Source: Dehalococcoidia bacterium (GTDB lineage: Bacteria; Chloroflexota; Dehalococcoidia; Bin125). Taken from it: a stretch of DNA of 64,000 nucleotides. Numbering within the stretch: the stretch's first letter is position 1; each line of letters opens with the position of its first letter. Under the pieces are notes generated by a model. That model was not told the origin of the DNA. It saw only the letters and a program-made list of their open reading frames with translations, and ran no database searches. This document shows positions 38,019 through 44,802 of this stretch, one piece after another. Made by a program: the position numbers and the translations under genes. The stretch lies in the NCBI GenBank assembly GCA_022828105.1, contig JAJEJC010000007.1:336688-400687 (forward strand). The letters are read 5' to 3'.

Positions 38019-38555
38019 TCAGCCCTGACCCAGCAGGGCCGATTCCAGGCGGTCGACGACGGCGTCGTCGACTCGGGCGCGGACGCGGTCGGGGCGCAGG
38101 CCGCCGAGCGGATGCTGCACGATCAGGCGGTCGAGCTCGGGCAGGCCTCGCTGCTCGGCTTCGAGTTGGAGCAGGTCGGTGAAGGCCGAGGTGCCGACGG
38201 TGACGGTCGGGATTCCCAGTTCTTCGAAGAGGACCGAGGCGTGGACACTCCACGTCGTGCAGCTGCCTCAATCGCAGCTCCCGATCAGGAGAAAATCGGC
38301 GCCGTTGCGCAAGGCGTCAATCGTGGAGTCGGAAGGCGGACCGCCAACCGGCTTACTGCCAACCACCAACTCGCCAAGATCGTGCCGCTCGCCCAGCCGC
38401 TCGACCATGGTCTCCATCAGCAGCCGGGCGTTGGCTTTGCGGTTTTCAAGGATCCCGGGTCGGAGGCCGTCGAGGGAGAGAGGACGAGGCGCAGCGGTCG
38501 CCTCGTGAATCGCGACGTGGGCCTGTGGGCTGAGAATTTCGATGGTTTCGGGCAT
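38019..38555 (-). CDS. UGSC-family selenoprotein (in-frame UGA = Sec at 38268-38270), 178 aa
   Basis: ORF 38268-38555 ends ..IGSCD at TGA; the same frame continues GSCTTWSVHASVLFEELGIPTVTVGTSAF..HPLGGL.. to TGA at 38019; SECIS-like hairpin follows the UGA. Confidence 0.85.
38236..38270 (-). promoter_or_regulatory. Candidate bacterial SECIS element
   Basis: UGA-GGCAGCUGCACGA-CGUGGA-GUG-UCCACG-CCUC: 6-bp upper stem with a G-starting loop 19 nt after the UGA. Confidence 0.6.
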
Positions 38556-38581
38556 GATTCGGCTCCTGCTCCGGACAACCT

Positions 38582-38833
38582 CTATTCGAGCCGAGAGTAG
38601 ATCAACTCGCGGAGCTCATCCATGTCGGGGAAGCGGCCCATGGCGGCCTTGCTGAAGACGAGGTCTCCGTTGACCTTCCACTCGAACAGGCCCCTCGTGT
38701 CGGGGACCAGCTTGACGTCCGAGACGAGGTGCTGGATGTCGGTCATCAGCTCGCCCAGCATCCAGGAGGTGCGCGGCCAGTAGCCGCAATCGGCGCAGTA
38801 GACGACTTCGATGGCGATCTGCTTGTCGGACAT
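38582..38833 (-). CDS. Rdx family (SelT/SelW/SelH-like) thioredoxin-fold protein, Cys form
   Basis: I.VVYCADCGY..R, LVP..RGLFE..VNG..VFSK...GRFP. Confidence 0.85.
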   Translation of the reverse strand: MSDKQIAIEVVYCADCGYWPRTSWMLGELMTDIQHLVSDVKLVPDTRGLFEWKVNGDLVFSKAAMGRFPDMDELRELIYSRLE

Positions 38834-38842
38834 GGTTGAGTC

Positions 38843-39841
38843 CTAGCCGCCCAGGTACTGCTCGAGCCGGCGGCCGACGTCGACGGCGTCGCCCGAGGGC
38901 AGCGGGATCATCTGCAGGTCTGCGCCGGCGTCGGAGCGGGCCTGGAGCTGCTCAGGCACCGATTCGATCGGGCCGATCACCTGGATTTCGCGGACCATGC
39001 TCTCGGAGAAGGCCATCAGCGCGCCCTCGGAGTCGCGGTCGGCCCAGGCGGCGCGGGAGTCCTTGATCTCGGACTCGAAGCCCGAGCGCGAGAGCATTTG
39101 CCAGTAGAACGAGCCCATGCGGTTGGTGTAGTGGAAGAGCGGCTGGCGGGCGTTGCGCCAGACCTGCTCGTCGTCGCCTTCGCCGGTGACGTAGACGTTG
39201 GTAAAGGGCGCGACGGTGACCGAGTCCTCGGGACGGCCGGCGTCGCGCGACGCGCCGGCGAGCTGCCGCTTGAGCGGTTCGAAGCCGCGCCGCGGCCAGT
39301 GGATCGGGTAGATGCCGTCCGCGATCTCGCCGGTCTGCTGGATCGAGCGCGGGGTGATCGCCGCGATCCAGACGGGCAGGTCTTCGCGCACCGGTTCGTA
39401 GCCGAGCAGCCGGAAGCCGCGCTGTAGCGTGTAGATCTCACCCTCGTACTGGAGGCGCTGTCCGCTAAGCAGCATCTTGATGATCTCGGTGTACTCGCGG
39501 ATGCGGCGCAGCGGACGGTCGAAGTCGACGCCGTGGAAGCCCTCGATCACGAGGTTGCCGGAGGAGCCGAGGCCGCAGACCATCCGTCCGCCGGAGATCG
39601 TCTCCAACGTGGCGAACTCCTGCGCAATCGCGGCGGGCGTGCGCGAGAAGGTGTTGAGGATGCCGGTGCCGATCTGCATCTTCTCGGTGTTGGCGGCGAT
39701 CACGGTCAGCCAGGGCAGCACCGAGTGTCCCCAGGCTTCGCCGGTGGAGACCATTTCGTAGCCGAGGTCCTCGGCGATCTTGATTTTCTCGAGCGTGTCG
39801 CGCCAGTTGGCGTCGAATCCGGCCAGGATGCCCAGTCGCAT
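38843..39841 (-). CDS. LLM-class flavin/F420-dependent oxidoreductase
   Basis: AEDLGY....GEAWG, IGTGI.N.FSRTPA, SGGR..GLGSSG..VIEGFHG. Confidence 0.88.
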   Translation of the reverse strand: MRLGILAGFDANWRDTLEKIKIAEDLGYEMVSTGEAWGHSVLPWLTVIAANTEKMQIGTGILNTFSRTPAAIAQEFATLETISGGRMVCGLGSSGNLVIEGFHGVDFDRPLRRIREYTEIIKMLLSGQRLQYEGEIYTLQRGFRLLGYEPVREDLPVWIAAITPRSIQQTGEIADGIYPIHWPRRGFEPLKRQLAGASRDAGRPEDSVTVAPFTNVYVTGEGDDEQVWRNARQPLFHYTNRMGSFYWQMLSRSGFESEIKDSRAAWADRDSEGALMAFSESMVREIQVIGPIESVPEQLQARSDAGADLQMIPLPSGDAVDVGRRLEQYLGG

Positions 39842-39867
39842 GGTGGTGTCTCTTTCTGTTCATTCTG

Positions 39868-39894
39868 CATCTCCCCCCGCTTCGCGGGGGGAGA
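39868..39894. repeat. REP-like palindrome (half copy)
   Basis: CATCTCCCCCCGC-TTC-GCGGGGGGAGA, nearly identical to 28778-28804. Confidence 0.8.
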
Positions 39895-39901
39895 GAGATT
39901 G

Positions 39902-40363
39902 CTATTCGATTTCGACGATCATCTCGATTTCGACTGCCATGCCGACCGGGAGGGATTGCATGCCGACGGCCGAGCGTGCGTGGCGGCCCGACTCGCCGAA
40001 CAGCTCGACGAGCAGGTCGGAGGCGCCGTTGGCGACGCCGGGATGGTTGCCGAAGTCGGGGGTGCAGTTGACCATGCAAAGCAGCTTGACGATCCGCGAG
40101 ACGCGGTCGAGCGAGCCAATCTCGGCCCGCAGCGAGCCGAGCAACTGGACCATCACGGCACGCGCGGCCTGGTAGCCCTGGTCGACATCGAGGTCGTCGC
40201 CCAGCTTGCCGCGGATCAGCTCGCCGTCCTGGAACGGACCGTGTCCCGAGAGAAACACGAGATTGCCGGTCCGCACCGCCGGCACGTAGTTGGCCAGCGG
40301 CGGATTGGTGGACAGGTCGAGTCCCATTTCCAACGCTTTGGCGTCGGCGTTATGTGCAGACAT
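39902..40363 (-). CDS. RidA/YjgF family protein
   Basis: ANYVPAVRTGNLVFLSGHGP, NGASDLL.ELFGE.GRHARSAVG..SLP....VEIE. Confidence 0.92.
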   Translation of the reverse strand: MSAHNADAKALEMGLDLSTNPPLANYVPAVRTGNLVFLSGHGPFQDGELIRGKLGDDLDVDQGYQAARAVMVQLLGSLRAEIGSLDRVSRIVKLLCMVNCTPDFGNHPGVANGASDLLVELFGESGRHARSAVGMQSLPVGMAVEIEMIVEIE

Positions 40364-40414
40364 CGAACGCTCCTTCGGTAGAGGTTGTCGGAAGTCAGGC
40401 TATCGCAGGCGGTC

Positions 40415-40462
40415 GCCCCCCTCTGTCCCTACGGGACATCTCCCCCGCTTCGCGGGGGAGAG
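40415..40462 (+). repeat. REP-like double-hairpin element (full copy)
   Basis: GCCCCCCTCTGTCCC-TAC-GGGACATCTCCCCCGC-TTC-GCGGGGGAGAG. Confidence 0.8.
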
Positions 40463-40466
40463 AACT

Positions 40467-40850
40467 CTAGGGATAGGCTCGGAGTTCGATCTCGTTGCCG
40501 TCCGGGTCGGCGATGTAGAGTCCGTCAGCGTAGCCGCGAGCGCCGTACAGCTCGAAGCCGGGATCGCGCACGATCGTGAACTCGTCCGACGATCTGACCT
40601 CGGCCAGGTCGTCCGCCGAGACAACCATGCAGAAGTGATCGAGATTGCGCCTCGCGTGATCGACATCGCCGGGAATCAGATCGATGATCGTCTCTGCCGA
40701 GACCCGAACCGAGGGGAACGGACACTCTCCGGCTCGCCACTCCTCGACGCGGACCGGCGCGAGACCGAGTCGCGTGGTGTACCAGTCGAGCGATCTGTGC
40801 ACGTCGGAGACTCGCAGCACGATGTGGTCCAGTGCCGTCACATGAATCAT
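40467..40850 (-). CDS. VOC/glyoxalase family protein
   Basis: LDHIVLRV.D, DHFC, LYIADPDGNEIELR. Confidence 0.9.
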   Translation of the reverse strand: MIHVTALDHIVLRVSDVHRSLDWYTTRLGLAPVRVEEWRAGECPFPSVRVSAETIIDLIPGDVDHARRNLDHFCMVVSADDLAEVRSSDEFTIVRDPGFELYGARGYADGLYIADPDGNEIELRAYP

Positions 40851-40934
40851 GATTCGCGTCCTCTCATTACGTCACTTGCGCGCAGCAATATCAAACACCC
40901 GCGCTACGATGGGTCGGCTGCTGGAGCGTTCGAC

Positions 40935-41252
40935 ATGAGCGTAGAGATTCGGATGGCAAAAGGGCTGCGGGTCCATGTCGATGTTCCCGCCACGGTCAAT
41001 GTTGATGGAGGCAATGCCCGTGAAGCAGTCGATGCGCTGATCGCCGCCTTTCCCGAGTTGCAGCGGTACGTGCTCGACGACGCCGACCGTCTGCGCCAGC
41101 ACGTCAACATCTACATCAACGACGCGCTGATCGTCGATCGCAACGGCCTTTCGGACGCCCTCGACAACGGCGACCGGTTGTACATTCTCCCCGCCGTTTC
41201 CGGCGGCGCACTGGCGCCTACTCGACCCGACTCTCCAATGAAGTGGAACTAG
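40935..41252 (+). CDS. MoaD/ThiS-family sulfur carrier with a 14-aa extension after the GG motif
   Basis: LR.HVNIYIN....DR.GL...L..GD.LYILPAVSGG followed by ALAPTRPDSPMKWN. Confidence 0.82.
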   Translation: MSVEIRMAKGLRVHVDVPATVNVDGGNAREAVDALIAAFPELQRYVLDDADRLRQHVNIYINDALIVDRNGLSDALDNGDRLYILPAVSGGALAPTRPDSPMKWN

Positions 41253-41254
41253 AG

Positions 41255-42328
41255 ATGAGCGAAACCGGTCTGTTGGTCAGCACGCGCAAAGGGCTGCTGC
41301 TCGGTCGCAGCAACGAGCAACGAACCCGCTGGGAATGGTCCGACCTCCAGCGCGGCGGCTGGATGGTCGACTACTCGATGTACGACCCACGTAGCGGCAA
41401 GGTCTGGTGCTCGGCCAGCCACTGGCAGTGGGGTCCGAGGTTGCACTTCACCACCGATTGGGGCGCCACCTGGACTGAAGCCGGCACGCCCGCCTTCACG
41501 GACGGCGAACGCTCGGTCGAGGCGATCTGGATGGTCGAGCCCGGCGTCACTGATGGCGTGCTCTATGCCGGGATCATGCCCGGGGCGATGTTCGTCTCCC
41601 GCGACGACGGCGAGACGTGGCGTGAGATCGATTCGCTCTCGCAGCATCCTGCCGCCGAGCACTGGGAACCGGGCGCGGCGGGCCTGGTGATTCACCACAT
41701 CTCCGTCGATCCGGACGATCCCGATCGTCTGGTCGTGGGCGGGTCGGCGACCGGGATCATGGTCAGCTACGACGGCGGTGAGTCCTGGGAAGTGCGCAAC
41801 GAGGGCATCTTCAACGAGCACTTCCCTGCCGAGTTCCCGCAGGGCGCGCCGTGCGTCCACTCGTTGTACGCCCATCCTCTGCAGCGCGGACGACTCTGGC
41901 AGCAGAATCACTTCGGCCAGTACCGCTCCGACGACGACGGCCAGACCTGGCACGTGATCGGTCAGGACCTGCCCGGCGTGTTCGGATTCCCTTCGGCGAT
42001 CGACCCAACGGACCCGGATGTTTGCTACTTCGTCCCGCACGACTCCGACCAGGCGCGAATGCCCTACGAGGGCTCGCTCGCGGTCTATCGCACGCGCGAC
42101 GCGGGCGCGACCTGGGACCGGCTCTCGAACGGATTGCCGCAGACCGATTTCTATCACACCGTCTACCGCCACGCCCTGGGCCAGGACGGCGGCGATCCAC
42201 TGGGCCTGTACTTCGGCTCCAGCGGCGGCGAGCTCTACGGCTCGACCGACGGCGGCGAGTCCTGGCGCCTGATGCGCGAGCATCTCGCCGCGATCACCGC
42301 CGTCCGCGCATTCCCGCTGCCGGAGTAA
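41255..42328 (+). CDS. BNR/Asp-box repeat beta-propeller (sialidase/Ycf48-like fold)
   Basis: Six S/T-x-D-x-G-x-T/S-W Asp boxes; N-terminal LLV.TRKG. Confidence 0.85.
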   Translation: MSETGLLVSTRKGLLLGRSNEQRTRWEWSDLQRGGWMVDYSMYDPRSGKVWCSASHWQWGPRLHFTTDWGATWTEAGTPAFTDGERSVEAIWMVEPGVTDGVLYAGIMPGAMFVSRDDGETWREIDSLSQHPAAEHWEPGAAGLVIHHISVDPDDPDRLVVGGSATGIMVSYDGGESWEVRNEGIFNEHFPAEFPQGAPCVHSLYAHPLQRGRLWQQNHFGQYRSDDDGQTWHVIGQDLPGVFGFPSAIDPTDPDVCYFVPHDSDQARMPYEGSLAVYRTRDAGATWDRLSNGLPQTDFYHTVYRHALGQDGGDPLGLYFGSSGGELYGSTDGGESWRLMREHLAAITAVRAFPLPE

Positions 42329-42360
42329 GAGGGCCGCAGGGTCGGTCGTATCTTCGGGGA

Positions 42361-43317
42361 GTGAGCAGACAGCCTTCCGAGACCGAGGGAACCGACAGAC
42401 CCGCCGCTCAGGGCTTGCCCGAGATGCGGCGCCCGCTGACGTTGCGGGCCGGGCTCTTCGCCTTCCTGCTGGTCCTCTTCTGGGGCGGGCAGCCGGTCGC
42501 GATCAAGGCCGGACTGGAAGAAGGCGTGGGGCCGCTCAGGCTCAGCGCGATCCGTATGGCCCTGGGCGGTGCAGTCGTGCTGATCTACGCCATCGTGACA
42601 CGCACGCGTATCCGTCCGACGCGCGATGAAGCACAGCCGTTGCTCGGACTGGGAGTCCTCTTCGTCGTCCAGACCTACTTGATGTACGCCGGCGGCGACA
42701 ACACCAGTTCGGGCCATGCGTCGGTACTGATTTTCTCGTTCCCGCTCTGGACGGCGGTGCTCGGTCACATCTTCATTCCCGGCGACCATATGTCGATCCG
42801 GCGGACGTTCGGGCTATTGATCGCCTATGGAGGCGTGGTCGTGGTCTTCGTCGGCGGGCTAAGCGCGCCCGGCGCGACGATCCACGGCGATCTGATGACG
42901 GCCGCGTCCGCCATGCTGCTCGCCTCGCGGCAGATCTATCTTGCCCATTTCTCGCACAGCATTCACCCGGCCCGACTGCTGCTAACCCAATCGGTGGCGG
43001 CCGTGATCGTCTTCGGCATTCTTGGACTGACGCTCGAATCGAGCGGACCGGTCTGGACCACCGACTTCGTCATTGCGCTCATCCATCAGGGCATCGTGAT
43101 CGGCGGGCTGGGCTTCATCGGCAACCTCTGGCTGATCCAGCGCTACCTGCCCTCCCAGGTCGCGGCGACGATGTTGTTCGCGCCGATCTGCGGCGTGTTC
43201 TTTAGCTGGTTGCTGCTGGGCGAGACTCTGGGTTACGAGGTGCTTGTCGGTGTCGCCCTGCTGGTCGGCGGCAGCGCCATCGTCCAGCTCCGACGCCAAC
43301 CCGCACCGGCTGCCTAG
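42361..43317 (+). CDS. EamA/DMT family transporter
   Basis: About 10 TM helices, FWG....IK, P.....R, LLLGE; GTG 42361 follows a TATCTT hexamer (alternative ATG at 42424). Confidence 0.85.
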   Translation: MSRQPSETEGTDRPAAQGLPEMRRPLTLRAGLFAFLLVLFWGGQPVAIKAGLEEGVGPLRLSAIRMALGGAVVLIYAIVTRTRIRPTRDEAQPLLGLGVLFVVQTYLMYAGGDNTSSGHASVLIFSFPLWTAVLGHIFIPGDHMSIRRTFGLLIAYGGVVVVFVGGLSAPGATIHGDLMTAASAMLLASRQIYLAHFSHSIHPARLLLTQSVAAVIVFGILGLTLESSGPVWTTDFVIALIHQGIVIGGLGFIGNLWLIQRYLPSQVAATMLFAPICGVFFSWLLLGETLGYEVLVGVALLVGGSAIVQLRRQPAPAA

Positions 43318-43319
43318 TT

Positions 43320-44177
43320 TCAGGCGTAGCCCCAGTCATCGAGACCAAGCAGTCTGCGGCCGAGCAGCGTCAGTTCGGCGGGCGGCGTGGCTGCTTCCTT
43401 GCCGCGCAGATCGCCGGGGAAGGCGCGCGGATTCTGGAAGGCCGGATGCGCCGAATCGCGCCAGGAAGCGATCCGCTGCTCGCGCAGCTCCTCGTTGGAC
43501 GGCTCGGCCGGGAACATGCGGACGTACTGAGCCAGTCGAGGTTTGTCGGAGCGGTTGCGGCTATTGCCGTGCGGCAACGCCGAGTGCCAGATGATGAAGT
43601 CGCCGGCGTTGGCCTCGACTTCGATCGGCGGGCCGATCTGCTCGGGAAAGCGCTCGTGCAACTGCTGGTGGCGCAGGTCCTGGTCCGAGATGCCGGCCGA
43701 AATCTCGGCGGCTCGCCGATGCGCGCCCGGCACGCACTGGAACCCGCCCTCGCCCTGGCGCGTGTCGACGAGGTAGAGCACGCCCTGGACAAGGAACGGC
43801 GTCGGCGTCTCGCGTACATCGATGTCCCAGTGCACCATGCCGTGATGGTCGTAGTCGGGATGCGCTTCGTTCGGCGGCGGCTTGAGGTTGGCCCGGTCAA
43901 TGAAGACCCACAGGTCGTCGCGACCGAACAGGTCGCGGAACAGCTCGTAGACGCGCGGATTCTGACGGACGTCCCAGAGCGCCTGGTGGTGATACATCTC
44001 CACCATCCCGTTGGGACGGTGCGGTTCGCGGTACCAGTCCGAGGGTTGATCGCGATCGAACTCGAGGAAGTCCCAGATCGCGTCCGTTACTGCCTCCACT
44101 TGCTCGCGCGGGATCAGTTGGCGAACGACGAGGTAGCCGTTCTGGTCGAAGAAGTCGCGGTCGGCGTCGGAGAGCAT
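43320..44177 (-). CDS. Phytanoyl-CoA dioxygenase (PhyH) family Fe(II)/2OG oxygenase
   Basis: FDQNGYLVV, HWD facial triad, AGDFIIWHSALPHGN..N....PR. Confidence 0.88.
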   Translation of the reverse strand: MLSDADRDFFDQNGYLVVRQLIPREQVEAVTDAIWDFLEFDRDQPSDWYREPHRPNGMVEMYHHQALWDVRQNPRVYELFRDLFGRDDLWVFIDRANLKPPPNEAHPDYDHHGMVHWDIDVRETPTPFLVQGVLYLVDTRQGEGGFQCVPGAHRRAAEISAGISDQDLRHQQLHERFPEQIGPPIEVEANAGDFIIWHSALPHGNSRNRSDKPRLAQYVRMFPAEPSNEELREQRIASWRDSAHPAFQNPRAFPGDLRGKEAATPPAELTLLGRRLLGLDDWGYA

Positions 44178-44191
44178 CGAATCCTCCTCGG

Positions 44192-44785
44192 TCAGTCGTC
44201 GAAGGGAGCGTCGACGCCCGGCGGCATGGCGACGTTGAAGGTGTTCAGACCGATCGAGACGAGCGCGTAGTAGCCCATCACCGAGGCGATCTCGAACACG
44301 CCTCGTTCGCCAATCATGCCCTTCAGCGACTCGTAGGTTGCGTCCGAGACTCGTTGACTCTCAATCAGCTCGCGGCCGAACTGGTATACGGTTTGCTGAC
44401 GCTCGTCGCCGAAGAAGGGTTGCTCGCCGTCGCGGATCGCGTCGATCGCGCCTTCCGAGACACGGGCATTCTTGGCCAGCCGCGCGTGCGCCCAGAACTC
44501 GAAGTTGGCGCGCCAGTGACCGCCCATCGTGCAGATCGCCACCTCAAGGAGGTCATTGGGCAGCGAGGTCTCGTAGCGCACTGCCGCGCCCAGCTTCTGG
44601 ACTGCGTCGCCCAACAGCGGCGACTGGAAGAGCGCGTTGAAGGGGCCGATCAGCGCTCCGTCGGCGCCGGCCAATCCGCCGTGTTCTCGTTCCGGATTGC
44701 CTCGCGGACCAGTCGTGATGTTGTCCCACAGCACGCGTTGATCGTCGTCCAGCGTGTCAAATGTCTGCGGCTTTAGTCGCGGCAT
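44192..44785 (-). CDS. Carboxymuconolactone decarboxylase/AhpD-like protein
   Basis: GPFNA...SP, EVAIC......A.FE..AH, GYY. Confidence 0.82.
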   Translation of the reverse strand: MPRLKPQTFDTLDDDQRVLWDNITTGPRGNPEREHGGLAGADGALIGPFNALFQSPLLGDAVQKLGAAVRYETSLPNDLLEVAICTMGGHWRANFEFWAHARLAKNARVSEGAIDAIRDGEQPFFGDERQQTVYQFGRELIESQRVSDATYESLKGMIGERGVFEIASVMGYYALVSIGLNTFNVAMPPGVDAPFDD

Positions 44786-44802
44786 GATCCGTCCTCCGTC
44801 CT

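Noticed and set aside
38582-38833. Rdx protein as a second selenoprotein
   Set aside because: Its motif is CADC with ordinary Cys codons and there is no in-frame TGA.
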